The notes under the pieces are model-generated. The model made no database searches. It was not told where the DNA came from and saw only the letters and a list, made by a program, of their open reading frames with translations. A stretch of DNA of 64,000 bases, taken from contig MU004230.1 of NCBI GenBank assembly GCA_010405405.1, positions 2,700,627-2,764,626 on the forward strand, written 5' to 3'. Shown here piece after piece: positions 1 to 13,500 of the stretch. The stretch is from Microthyrium microscopicum (Eukaryota). Position 1 is the stretch's first letter, and every line of letters starts with the position of its first letter. The position numbers and the translations under genes are program-made.

Positions 1-482
1 TAGTATTATTCTTACTTACTAACTACTATACTTATTATTATAGAAATATTATTTCTACACGCTTTAGGGTAAATCTACTAACTATTAATAAATATCTTAA
101 TCCTAGTAGTATATTTAATAGTAGGATACTATTAGATTATTTATAAGAAGATAATTTAAATAGTATAGAATAGTTATAGTAGTTATTAAAAAAGTAGATA
201 TTACGGAGTAAAGTTAGATATTCTTACTAAAGGAGGGGAAGTTAATAGGGTAGGGTTAGCTAATTATTTAACCTTTCTGTGCACTTTTAAAGCTTTTAGT
301 ATCTATCGTAATATTTCTATAAAAACTAGATTCTACCTTTACTACTAATTTATATAAGAAACACTAGCTTAACCTTTATAATTATAATTAACCTAAAGAC
401 TTCCTTAATAACTCCTTTATCTCTATTATCTCTAAGCAAGCTACCTTTACTTCTTTCCTTAATTCTACAACTTTACTTCCTT

Positions 483-514
<32 letters not shown>

Positions 515-627
515 ATTCTACTACTAATAACTATATTATCTTAAGTTCTAGACCTATTTAAATTAAGACGTTCTAACTATTAAATTAAGCTATTATAAAT
601 ACTTATAATTCTATTAACCCTAGATGT

Positions 628-845
628 TGTAATGATTCCTTACAATGCTGTGTCGAAAGAGATCTTAGTGTTGTAAGATCACGCGCTAGACCCAGAGAAG
701 GTTAGCGCGTCTAAGGTTCTACTAAGCGAACTTACTTTCCTTATAGATCCGTAGTGGTTCTAGATCTTTTTCCTCTCTCCTTTGTACGTAGATTCTTAAA
801 TACTAGCTAATTATCTACTTACTTTAAGTCCTATTGCTTATTATA
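628..845 (+). repeat. 5' LTR of element A
   Basis: Starts tgtaatga and ends ttattata (de-RIP tcattaca, giving TG...CA inverted termini); aligns without gaps to 8221-8438 with 27 differences by my count, all transitions. Confidence 0.93.
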
Positions 846-846
846 T

Positions 847-857
847 AATCTACGTAC
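847..857 (+). other. Self-priming primer binding site of element A
   Basis: aatctacgtac, 1 nt after the 5' LTR, is the exact reverse complement of gtacgtagatt at 784-794 inside the LTR. Confidence 0.8.
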
Positions 858-3800
858 TATAAAACTGTTACGCGCTTATATTACGTATTAAAAAGCTTTA
901 AATTAGCGTAGGTAATATTCTATTGCTCTCTATATAGGTAATATTCTATTGTACTAAATGCGTAGAACTCTAAAATTTTAAGCCCTACTCTAAAATCTAA
1001 TAACACTATAGCTAATTAGCGTATTAGGATTTCCTAACACTAGTTGTCCTAATTAGCGTTAGACTAATAAAAAGGTTTAAGCTTTAATTACCCCTCGATT
1101 GCTTATGTATAGGAATACTAAATTTGTCCTCCTTACTACAATCCCTCTAAACACTACCTTTAAACTAAAATTATTCTTAACTTTAATCTCTTTTATAACG
1201 CTCGTTAATTAAAGACTCTAAAAGCTAGCAAGAAATCTATTGCTATTATAAGTAATTAAAACCTTTTACTACCTTAGGGTAAATGTAGAATAAATAGTTA
1301 TCTATACTAATTTCCTTTACTCTAGCATAAGGCTAATTAGCCTAATTATCATTAATTCCTATCTTCTTTACATTACTTATTAATTTTAGGTTACTCTTCT
1401 ACTATGCTAGATATTAGCTAGTTAGATACTTAGGATACTATATAGATCTCACAATCTATAGAGAAGCTACCTATACATAACTAGGAACTATAGAAATTAT
1501 TAGCAAACTTTAATAAAGATAATAACGATTAGTTGCTTAGACTATTATAAAAAGAAGGCAAAGGTAAAGCCCTAATCTAAAATGATGAAGAATCTAGAAG
1601 TAAAGAGGACGATGAAGTTACTAAGATCTATAGAATCTTTAAAGATAACACAAGTTTACTATAAGAGATTATTAAATAATTAGCAACTATATAGAAGAAC
1701 CTAAAATTAGTAGACGTTCTTCTAATATTTAAGAGCTACTATATAGTTACTATAGACTTAAACTATATTATTAATCTCCTAGTAGATTATAAACTATTAT
1801 AATTTTAAGCTATAGCGCGCCGCGTAGCGCCTAAGAAAGAAGGCTAGAAGTTAGAGCTTACCCTACTAATAGCACAAAAGACTTTAAATAATTTAGAACT
1901 ACTATATTACAATTACTTTATTATCTAATTTAGCTAAGGCCTTACCTATACTCTAAAAGGCAGCCTAGACCTAGATAAGTTTATTATAATATTATTTAAC
2001 TACTACTTAAAGATATAAGCTATATCCTACTTCTATAACGTAGAGTAAGACGTAAATATCCTTTAAGCTAAGTAGCTATACAAAGAAAAGGCCTATAACG
2101 CTTAGTTAGAGAAAGATACAAAATAGAACTAGAGCCTAGTAGACAATCTTATAAAAGTGAATAAAGACTATTAAGCAGAAATCTTATAGCTAAATACTAA
2201 ACTCTAAGATAGCGACGTTTCTCTTAACGAGAGAGTTACTACCTATAAAACTATAAACGATTTCTAATATAATAATACTCTCCTAAAGGATACTATTGCA
2301 TTTTAATCCTTTAAGCTAGATTAGTTCTAAACTATACTTTAGTAGAAAGTTAATAAAGTTATTATACTTTAAGTATAAGTTAAAGCCCTCTAAAAGTTAA
2401 AAGCACTAGAGAAGATAACTAATTCTTACGCTAATCCTAATAAAAACATTAATAACGACCTTCTGCGCTCTACGTTAGTAGGCCCTAATTAGATAAACTT
2501 AAATCGCTAATCCCTATAGGGAAGTTTAGTACCTCGTTAATTTACTCCTAATTCCTTAACCTACGCTATAGGTAGAGGTTTTAGGGAATAAGGAGAGAAG
2601 CTTACTAAATTTAATAGGAAGGATAAGGATAAGTACTACGCTTAGAAAGCTAAAGCGCTTAATTACTTTAATAAGAATGTACTTATATATAATATAGAGT
2701 TATCTAAGATTCGTTTAATTTAAGGATAGACTAATAAATAGGCCTTTACTATAATTAAGGAGTAAAGTAAATAAGATTTTTATAACCTATATCTTTACTC
2801 TAAAAAGGTATAGGTAGACCTAAACTATAAATATACTACTAAGGATAGTTTCGTAAAGGCTAAAGCCTAGCTTAAAATACTAAAAGCTTAAATAAAGGTA
2901 TTAAAAAAAGTAGAGAAATATCTTACTTACTTTTTCTTTAATTCCTATAAAGTAAGATTATTAGATAAAGAAAAGATTATTAAACTATACGACCTATTAC
3001 TAAAGCGTTTTACTAATTATCTACTATTTATTAAACTAGACTCTTACTCTAAATTTATTAATAACTTCTACGAGGTGTCCTACTAAATAAAATACTAATC
3101 TTCTACTAAAACTAATAATAATAGCTATACTAACTCTAATAGCTCTTATAAGGGCTATAGAAATAGAGGTTAAGGAAACTATAATAGTAGTAATAGCACC
3201 TATAATAATACTACTAATAATAAAGGTAAAATTATACGTCTATAAGAAGTCTTCTACGCTTTACGAAAGGATAACTAATATATTTAATATAGAGAATAAG
3301 AGTATAGCTATTAGAAGATAAACGCCTCATGCGTAGGTAAAAACCCTCTTTCTAATATTAAGATTTACGCTAAAGTTGCTTATATAGCTACTACCTTTGC
3401 TATAGTATTTACTTAACTTAACTCTAATTCTTTTTATATTAATAATAGCTTAGAAAACTAAAGGCTCTTTTATATAGACACGTAAAGGAGCTAAATAAGT
3501 AAGAAGTATATAACTATTAAAAGAAGAAGAAACACTAAGTATATATATTAAATCTAGAAGATAAGCTAGAGACTATCTCTACTACTAATAAGATATTAAA
3601 ATATTAAGCCTATATATCTAACTCTAACTTAGATAACGAAGAAAAGGATAAAGACGCACTAAATTATAACTTTAACTTTAACCTAGAGCTAAACCTAAAG
3701 CCTAAAGAGAAGACTTAGTCTAAATATATAACTACTAAGGAATAAGCGTTTAACAAAGAACTTATCCTTACTAAAGAATAAATCTAGAATATAGTCTAAG

Positions 3801-6800
3801 ATACTATTAAGTGCCTATAAAAGCTTATAGAGCTAGAGCTAGTAGTAATCTAAATCTTTCTAGTATCTATTACTAACGCTTTCTATCTAAGAAATATTTT
3901 AGAGATACCTATAGTTAGTAATTAGTAGACTACTAAAGGTATAGCTTATTTACTAAAAGTAGGATATTACGTCTAAACTAACGTATTAATTAATATAGGA
4001 AGTAAAGTAATAGGTATTATATACCTAAATTTTATTTGCTAATATAATATTCTTATAATAAATCTATTCGCCCCTTAAGTAATGTAACTTACTAATAGTA
4101 AAGCTATTACTAAGGTAGATAAAGTTACTATAATAAACGTTTACCTTAGTAAGTATATTAAGCAAATCTACTATTTTATTATAGATGTCGCTAGTTATAA
4201 TATTATCCTTAGAAATCTATAGGTAAACCTTTATAAAGTTACTCTAAAAGGAGGTAAAAAAGAGATCTACTTTAACTTTACTTATTGCTTAGTAAATTGC
4301 TTACTCTATAGCTACTTAATATTAGTAGATTATAAAGGCTATTTCTATAACCTTACTAACCCTTTACTAGATAAGAAAGATATTGCTATAGTTAGCGTAG
4401 TAGCTTTTATAAAAATGCTAGAATAAGAGTAAGAATTTAGTAAAGTATAACTAGAAAATTTAGATAAAGATAAAAATAAAGTACTACTAGATCTCTCTAT
4501 ACTAAAGATACTAAAGGAGAACATTATAATTAACCTCTCTAAGATATCTTTAGAAGATTATAAAAAGTAGCGTAAGAAGTATAATTAGCTTTTATTAAGT
4601 TATAAAGAGATCTTAAAGAAACTACTAAAGGAATTTTATTACTATATTAATATCTTTAACCTAAAGCTAAGTAATAATTTAGCACTATACTATAGTAAAT
4701 AGGACTACTTTATTAATATTATCCTTAACGCTACTATTCTTAAATAAAGATATAATACCTTCTTATATTAAGAATTACTAGTTATTAAGTAGTATATTAA
4801 TTAAATACTTAGCTATAATTAAGTTTAGGCTAGTAAATCCTACTTCGCTACCCTAATATTATATATATATAAACCTAGAAGCGGTATTTACGTCTATATT
4901 AATTACTAAGGATTAAACGAAATTACCCAAAAGAACTATAACGTCCTTTTATAATTATTAGAAACCTTAGCTAAAATATACTATACAAAATTCTTCTTAA
5001 AGTTTAACGTTATTACTACCTTTACTTATATCTAAATTAAACTAAAGAATAAATATAAGATAGCATTCTTTACTTATTATAGTCTCTATAAATTTAAGGT
5101 TATACCATTTAGCCTTACTAGGGCTCTAGGCACCTTTTAAGTATACTTAAATTACGTCCTTATAGAATACCTAAATAACTTTATTATAAGCTATATAGAC
5201 AACCTCTTAGTCTTTAGTAAAAGCTAAGATTAGCATACTACGTATATTTATCTTATTCTAGAGGCTATAGGTAAGGTAGGCTTTTACCTTAATATTAATA
5301 AGTGTAACTTCTTTACTAAATAAATTAAATACCTTAGCCTTATTATTACTACTACTAGCATTAAAATAGATCTAGATAAGGTTAAAAGCGTTACTAAATA
5401 AGCTTAACCTTCTTTAATTAAGAATATATAAGCATTCTTAGGCTTTACTAACTTCTACTACTATTTTATTTATAGTTATTCTTAAACTATAGCTCTTCTA
5501 ACTACCCTTACTAAAAAAGACGCTATAGTAATCTTTCTATAGAATCTAGACAAACTAAAGGAACGCGCCTTTAAGAAGCTTAAGAAAGATTTTACTACTA
5601 CCTCTATTCTTTACTACTTTAATTATACTAAAAAGATATAGCTAGAAATAGATGCCTCTAATTAAGTATACGCTATAGTACTCTCTTAAAAAGATAAAGA
5701 AGGCAAATTATAGCCTATAGCGTTCCTATTAAAGAAGATAAGCCCTACTAAGTATAATTATAATATTTACGATAAAGAGCTCTTAGCGATTGTCTACGTC
5801 TTTAAAGAGTAGAAACTAGAGTTATTCTCTATAATAGATATAGTTAAGGTATTCTTAGATTACTAGAACTTATAAACCTTTATAATAACTAAAAAACTAT
5901 CCTACTAATAGGTAAGATAAGCTAAGTTCCTATCTTAATTCTACTTCTAAGTTTAGTATCGCCTAGGTCTATCTAATAGTAAAGCTAACGTACTTACTTG
6001 CTAATTATAAGATATTCCCTAAGATAACAAAGACCTATAGGTCTCCTAATAAATTTAACTACTTTTATTCTTTTATTAATTTAATATACTATACGCCATT
6101 AAACTAGCTTTACTACTAGTAGAACTAGTTTCGCTATTAGTTATATATTTAGCTACTCTCGCTTAGGATAAGTTAGATATCTTAACCTCTATAGAGAAGT
6201 TAATAGAATCTACAAAGGAGCCTACTAGTAACGAAAGACTACTTAGGAAGGAGTTAATAAAACCCCTAAGAAACAATAAATCCCTAGATTTTAATAGCAA
6301 TTAGTTTATACAAGACATAGCCTACTAAGCAACTAGCAATAAAACTATAGAAGCTATCTAGCAAGCTAAAGCAAACTACTAAATATACCTACCCTTTAAT
6401 ATACCTAAGTAGGAAAGCATTAAGTTAGGTAATTACGTAGTCACTATAAATAATACAATTCTATATCGTAACTATATCTTTATCCCTTATAGTAAATTAC
6501 GCCATTAAGCCCTATTTTTTGCTTATAGCTATAAAGTTATAAGCTACAAAGGAGTAGCTATAACTTATTATTGCCTATAAAAGACTTATTAGTAGCCTAG
6601 AATATCCTAAGATATAAAGACATACGTAAAGAGCTATAAATACGTCTTTACTAAACTAATATAGTAAAAGAAGTAAAGATTCTTAAGAAGCTTCCCGTTA
6701 CTAGAACATGCTTAGTTAGATATTTCTATTAATTTTGCTATTTTATTACTACGTTACTATTATTAAGACGTAATATATTGCTACGTTATAGTTATTATAG

Positions 6801-7998
6801 ATTATTATATAAGAATGCGCTATTTTATTTTATTACTAAACTTTTCTATAGAATCTATAGTGCTAGCATTTATTAACTACATCTAGAGACTAGTTAGTTA
6901 GCCTAAGAGTATCTTCTTAGATTATAGTAGCTAGTTCACCTTTACCTTTTAGAAACATTTATATAAAAGAGTTAGCACTATTCTTTACCTTAGTATAGCC
7001 TTTTATCTAAAAATAGACGAAATTATAGAAATCTCTATTACTACTCTAAAATAGTATTTACGCACCTTTATTAATTAGGACTAAGATAACTAAGTCGCTT
7101 TGCTACTATTTATAGAATTTATAGTTAACTTAGTAGTCAACGCAACTATAAGAGTTATACTCTTCTAAGCGCAGAATAGCTTTAATCCTTAATTAGGCCT
7201 CAAAGCTAATTACTATATTCCTTACTCATCTTACGCCTCTACTATTACTAATAAAGAAGAAAGTAACACTAATGTTATATAGTAAGGCTACGCTAATATA
7301 TATAAATACCTTATAGAGTAGCTTACTTAGGCTTAAGTATAGTAAGCTAAATATGCTAACTATTATTATTAAGCTACACTAGATTTATAGCTAGGCAACT
7401 AAGTAAGATTAGATACTTATAATTACTCTACCTCTTATCCTTTAAAAACGCTTAATAGTAAAAGCTCTAAACCTTTTCGTATTATTAAAAAGATTAACGC
7501 CATTATATATAAGCTAGATCTACCCTCCTTAATAAAGATATATAATATCTTCTACGCTTAGATTCTTTACTACATTATAGACGATATAGAATTCTTAAAG
7601 CATTTAAATCCTCCCTCTATAATTATAGACAAAACTAAGGAAACTATAAAATAGTAAGTAGATATAATTATTAATAGCTATTATAAGCCCTAAACTAAGA
7701 AGAAGACGTTATAATACATAATTAAATTTATAGGCTATAATATAGTAGAATAGCATAATTAGTAGAACGCTAAAAACGCTCTAGACCTTATTATAGAGTT
7801 CTACGCCCGTTACCCTAATAAGCTAGGCCCTTACCCCTCCTAGATTCTACTACTACTAGAGCCTACTAAAGATAATAACGTTGCGTATAACTTTAATAAT
7901 ATTCTTACTAATTAGTACTAAAAAGTTTTACTTTCTATATATTACTAATACCCCTATTTAGTATAGATACGCTAGCCCTTAGATTACTAGGACTTAAG

Positions 7999-8066
7999 AA
8001 CTAGAGTATTCTAAAGATATCTTAAGGTTCGTTAATGCCTCTTAATAGTTACTTTAGTAGGCTAGA
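7999..8066 (+). other. Conserved 68-nt 3'-region motif of element A (candidate structured RNA)
   Basis: 63/68 identical, gap-free, to the reverse complement of 10495-10562 in element B; all 5 differences are transitions. Confidence 0.75.
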
Positions 8067-8120
8067 AGTTAAGATGCTCTAAACATCTAATTATTAGCGT
8101 TATACTATAGAAGGAATTTA

Positions 8121-8195
8121 TTAGACTAGATTGGATTAGACTAGACCGGATTAGACTAGACTGGATTAGACTAGACTAGAATAGACTAGACCTAG
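8121..8195 (+). repeat. Degenerate pentamer tandem array (ttaga/ctaga/ctgga/ccgga) in the 3' UTR of element A
   Basis: ttagactagattggattagactagaccggattagactagactggattagactagactaga...; the variants are consistent with RIP of a (cYgga)n array. Confidence 0.7.
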
Positions 8196-8220
8196 AGAGC
8201 TATTCTAAAGGGGGGGGTCG

Positions 8221-8438
8221 TGTAATAATTCCTTATAATGTTATATTAAGAGAGATCTTAGTATTGTAAGATCACGCGCTAGACCTAGAGAAGATTAGCA
8301 CGTCTAAGGTTCTGCTAAGCAAACTTACTTCCCTCGTAGATCTATAGTAGTTCTAGATCTTCTTCCTCTCTCCCTCGTACGTAGATTCTTAAATACTAGC
8401 TAATTATCTACTTACTCTAAGTCCTACCGCTCATTATA
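8221..8438 (+). repeat. 3' LTR of element A
   Basis: Follows the PPT plus a 3-nt spacer; tgtaataa...tcattata; followed by TSD gatat. Confidence 0.93.
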
Positions 8439-8921
8439 GATATAGAAGTTTAAGTTCTACGCGTAGGCACTAGAACTAGTATTATAGTAGGTTAAGTTTA
8501 AATAGGTAGAACTAACCCCTCTATAAAGGCGTAATCTACGCTAGAAGTAGTTAAAAGCTAAGTTTTAAGAATATCTTTAATATCTTCTAGTTTAATAGTA
8601 ATTATTATAATATCTTCCTATTAAATACTAGATAGAAGCGCTTAATATTCTAAATATATCTTATATAATTTATTACGTAATTTTATAGCTTCTTTATAAT
8701 GTTACTTAATAGCGTTTATAGAAGCTTTTTTTATTAACACCCTAGTTTAGTAATAGTTATATATTTCTATAAAGGCATCTAGAATAAGTTAGAATTTATC
8801 TATTAGTATATTATATTCTAACTTATCTTTTAGTTCTTAACGCTATTAAAGAAGAGTATAATTAATTACTAGCTAAATTACTTATTCTAAAGGACTGTCT
8901 TAAAGGCCCTAAATAGATTTA

Positions 8922-9726
8922 TCATCGGCAAAAGTTAAGCTCAGCTTGGGAAGAGGAGATATCCTAGTAGTCCTAAGGAATTCTATAAGTCCTGGCAGGT
9001 CCTAGCAGGTTCTATAAGTTTACTATTATTTAATTAAAAACGTTTCTATTATTATTTTACTTTCTAGTTAGGCCTAGCGTGTAATTTATATACTATCTTG
9101 TAGCCCTAGATTAGGGCTATATTATTATGTAATTTATATTACCCTAGCCCTAATAGCCGTTGAGATGCAGCAATTATCATTTTACTAAAAATGACTTTTA
9201 TAATAACTTCCTAATTAGGCTAGCTATAATAATATAAGTAACACTATTAGATAGAGCTCATTGAGACGAGTATTATTATATATAGGTTATAGATTATTAA
9301 AGCCTTATTGCTAAGTGCAGCCTAGATATAGAAAGTGTAGCTTAATAACTTAAAGTTTAAGTAGCGTTTTATATCTTCTACCCTTGCTAACTCTATGAAA
9401 CCTTAACGGATTTGGCTAGTTCCTTTAAAATACCTATAAAACCCGTTATTTTTACCTATAGGTGAAAGGCTAGTATCTACATTAGGCTAGATAGCTAGTA
9501 ATCTATAAGGGAAGGTTAGACTTAGAGTAGAGAATCTCGTTGTTAGTTTTGATGGTTTTAATGTTCCTTGCCAAGCCAAGATCCCTATTCTCCTACTAAA
9601 AAATAGCTCCTAACCTGCTAGTCCTAAGGTAATAAGTTAACCTAACATGTTGGATATAGACTAACGGACTAACGTCCTGGCAGGCACCTGCCAGGACTGC
9701 TAGTGAAGCTTAACTTTTGTTAATAA
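8922..9726. mobile_element. Non-autonomous TIR DNA transposon (MITE-like, TA target duplication, Tc1/mariner-type)
   Basis: Left TIR tcatcggcaaaagttaagct (8922-8941) matches the right TIR agcttaacttttgttaataa (9707-9726) except for 4 RIP-type transitions; TA on both sides (8920-8921, 9727-9728); subterminal gtcctggcag repeats at both ends; no ORF. Confidence 0.75.
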
Positions 9727-10108
9727 TATTACTTAGTAACTTTAGCCTACTACTACATCTTCTATCTAGTAATAGCATCGCTACTATTACTACTAAAGCT
9801 ATCCTTTTGCCTTAACGCGTATATTAATATAACTATTAAATGTTATTATCTTTATACTAGACCCTACTTCCTATCTATACAATTACTTACTAAAGTGCTT
9901 AAACTAGTAGTAGGGGTTAGGGCAGAAGTATAGGTCCTAGTAACTACTAGCGTAGCCTAACGTATTAAGGGCTCTATAGTAGTATTTTAGGTAGTAAGCA
10001 CCTATGTAGATAGGGAATAAAGAGCCTATATTAGGCTTTAAGATATTAAATCCTACGTAAAGCTATCTAGCTCTCTAGTAGAGCTATTTTAGCATAGATA
10101 ATTAGTAT

Positions 10109-10310
10109 TGTTAGGGACCTACGGGCGCAAGGGTGCAAGCTAATAGTAGATGTAATTTAAGAAAACTAATATAAAGAATCTAAGAGAGAAGATAGGAAAT
10201 AGTTATAGGTAAGCTACGTTAAATAATCCTTAGGCACTAAGCCCTTAGCATTACGTAATAGGGGATACTAATAATATTATAATAGAATTAATAGTAGTAG
10301 ATCTATAATA
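10109..10310 (-). repeat. 3' LTR of element B
   Basis: Adjacent to the minus-strand PPT; gap-free alignment to 17311-17512 with 21 differences by my count, all transitions. Confidence 0.92.
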
Positions 10311-10494
10311 ATACTCCCTTCTCTAAGATTAGTATTCTTAAGCTAAAAACTTATAAAAAGATAAAATTTATAATTAAGTTATATAGTCCTATAATTCTAA
10401 TGCTTTTAAGGTATAAAATATAAAATATAAAAAGTAAAGATAATATTTTTTCTTTATATATAACTACTATACGTGCCTATTCTTTATATTACCC

Positions 10495-10562
10495 TTTAGT
10501 CTACTAAAGCAACTATTAAGAGGCATTAATAAACCTTAAGATATCTTTAGAATACTCTAGTT
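10495..10562 (-). other. Conserved 68-nt 3'-region motif of element B (candidate structured RNA)
   Basis: Its reverse complement matches 7999-8066 at 63/68 positions; it occupies the same relative position, between chromodomain and PPT. Confidence 0.75.
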
Positions 10563-13500
10563 TATAGACTAAGTATTAAGGTATACGTAGTAGTATCCTT
10601 TATTATTCTAGGGGAAGTCTATCTAAATTATACTCCTTCTCTTTCTTCTTTTAAAGGTTTATAAACGTAGGATATAGCCTTAGTTTATTAAGGTTCTAGT
10701 TATAGTACTTAGTAACAAGTTCTAGATAAAAGTTAAGATCTAACTATAGTTACTAATTAGGGTTATAGTTCTAGTCGTCCTATCCTATAAACTAGACTTT
10801 ATACTATAAAACCTTCTTCTTACTAAAGCCTTTTATAATACCTATCTTACTATTAATAACGTAATTAACTACTTACTTTTACTTTATATTATTATTTATA
10901 TTTATAATTATAAGAAGGTTATCTAGTTCTTAAAGTATAATAGTATATTTAGGAATAAAGTAGAGTAGCTAAGTATAAAAGATAAAATAAATCTTTATCT
11001 TCTTTAATAGTTCTAGCTTATAGGTAAGGGTATTAATCTTCTTAATAATCTTAAAGGGTCTTATAGATTTATTATTAAGAGATTTTAATAGTTAGAAAGA
11101 TTTATAATAGTAAGCATTAAGGCGTACCTAATTGTCTAGTTTAAAGTCTAGTACTAGTTAATAAGTCTTATTAGCTTACTCTTCTATAAGGGTAGTAAAC
11201 TATAAGATCTATTTTTAAAGATACTTATAAAGATTAGTATAAGTATAGAGATATTAGTTAGTAAGTTATTATTTATTTTAAGTTAGCTTAATTTCTAAGT
11301 AAGCTTTTAGAAGTATTAGTTCTAATCTTAATTAAGGAAGATAACTATTAAGTATATAAAAGAGACTTATCTTAGTAGAAGCGTAAATAGTATAGTTAGC
11401 TTTAAATTTAGTAAATAATAGTAGTCCTACCTAGTTATTTTATTACTAGTTAATAAAGTATCTAAGGTAAGCTTTTAGTACTATAACTAATATTTCTATA
11501 ATACTATTACCTTATAGATACTAAGTAGTAGTTAGGTAAATAATAATACTAATATATTTATAAAGACGTTACTAAAATATAGATATAAATTATAAACTAT
11601 AATTAAAGAGAATAAAGTTAGGCTATCTAGTATATTTCTAAATTTAGTTAAAGAACATAAAAACTATTATCTATATATTTAAGTTAAAGAGAGGTATAAA
11701 TTATTAAGTACGTATTAGCTTATCTATAATAACTATAATATAATAGTAGATAGTTCTAAGGTAAATATAGGGTAGTAAAGTAACTATAAAGTTAATAAAG
11801 ATATTAGACTAAGTATAGTTAAGTAGTAGAAATAACTAAAGAAGACTTTACTTCTTTTATTTAATTAGCTTAGAAAATACGTACTTATATACTTTAATAT
11901 AGTACTTTATATCTTTAGCTATATAGGGCTAATAGTAGAATTAATAGAGATACTAATATATAGAAGCTATACTATTATAACCTATTATTTTATAATTATA
12001 TATATATTTAATAGCGTAGTATTAAAGACGTCTTATAGAGATAAGGAGTTATTATCTATACTAAATAGTACTATTAGTAAGTACTTAATAATTACTAAGT
12101 TTAATTAGGTCTTTTTCTAGGGTACTATATAGTAGGTAATATAACTATATAGCTTTAGAATTATAAATTACTTAGATAAGCTTATCTAATTAGCTAATCT
12201 TAATAATATCTTTCTATAATATCTCTAGGTTAGCTAATATACTATCTATCCTAAAGTAATTAATTAGCTTACTTAAGATTAGAATAGAACCCTCTATAGT
12301 TAGTTAATTAATTAGCTTGCCTTCTATAGTTAGCGCGTTAACTTTATTAGTAATAATTATAGTAAGTTTAATTATTATAAGTCATTTGCTATTAATAAGG
12401 AGAATAGTAATTTTAATAGTATATTAAGTATTATAAAAGTAAGAGATCTTATAGTATATATTAAAATTATAAAAGAAAAGGATTAGTTATATTTATTAGG
12501 TAATCTATAGATTATTATTAAATTTTAGAAGATTTTATAATCTCTAAGTTAGTATATCTACTTTTATATTAAAGAGACTATTATAATATTTAATCTTAAA
12601 CTAGAATTAAGAGAGGAACTCTATTTATTAAGCTTAATAGCAAGATAGCTTTTTAGTTAATATAAAAGTATATAAATTAAGGTAGTTAGTAAAAACTTAT
12701 ATAAAGTTAAAGATTAAAAATAATTTAAGTTCCTATTCTTTAAATGCTTATATAATTATAAGTAGCTTTTTATTATAGATATTATAATTATATTTTGCTA
12801 GAGTTATCTTTTTAGAAAGAAAAGCTACTAAATAAAGCTTACTATCTATACCTTTCTAAGAGAGAATAGTTACTACTACCTAGTCTAAGGTATTAGTCTT
12901 AACTTAAGTCTTAGTATTAAGGTTAAAGTAATAAAGAATTAAGGTAATAGTAAAAGCCTTCTTTAATACGTTAAAAGCTTATTCTTTAGGTCTAGTCTTA
13001 CTCTATAGGAAGTATAAAGGAGTATCCTTTTTAGTTAGTATAGTAAGTAGTATAATAATTTTTAAGTATTTTTTAATAAAATAGTAATAAAAGTTTATAA
13101 AGCTAAGGAATATTTAGATATTTTTTAAAGAGGTAAGGTAATACTAGTTAAGTATAGCATTAACCTTTTTCTTATCTATTTAGATTCTATTAGGTATAAT
13201 AATAATACTAAGATATTTAATTAATTAAGTTATAAACTTAGATTTAGAAATATTAAAGTAGAGTCTAGCTTTTTTAAGCTTATTAAGGATTAGATAGACG
13301 TAAATAATATACTCTTCTTTAGTCTTACTCTAAATAAGGACGTTATTAAGATAAACTATAATAAAGTTATTAAAGTATTTATATACTACGCTATTAATAT
13401 AAGATTAAAAGCTTCCTAATAATCTTATTATACTAAATAGTATTACTAAGGTTTTAAAAAGTCTATAGCGTATTAAAAATATAGTTTTATACTTATCTCC

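Larger units (their letters stand above)
628..8438 (+). mobile_element. Ty3/Gypsy chromovirus LTR retrotransposon A, full length (7811 bp), RIP-inactivated
   Basis: 218-bp LTRs at 628-845 and 8221-8438; TSD gatgt (623-627)/gatat (8439-8443). RIPed pol motifs in Gypsy order: RT IPFSLTRALGTF* = MPFGLTGAPGTFQ (~5102), YIDNLLVFS = YIDD (5192), RNase H LEIDAS (~5642) and [13 protein letters not shown] (~5756), integrase-like motifs (~6715-7030), chromodomain-like ~7650-7810. PPT aaagggggggg at 8207-8217. Confidence 0.93.

Noticed and set aside
484..513. (tac)n run as a functional repeat or telomere-like tract
   Set aside because: Simple trinucleotide run in RIPed DNA; not TTAGGG.
8001..8058. Hammerhead ribozyme reading of the shared motif (ctaaaga could de-RIP to CUGAAGA)
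   Set aside because: No GAAA or stem III can be recovered by transition reversions on either strand, so it is not a canonical hammerhead.
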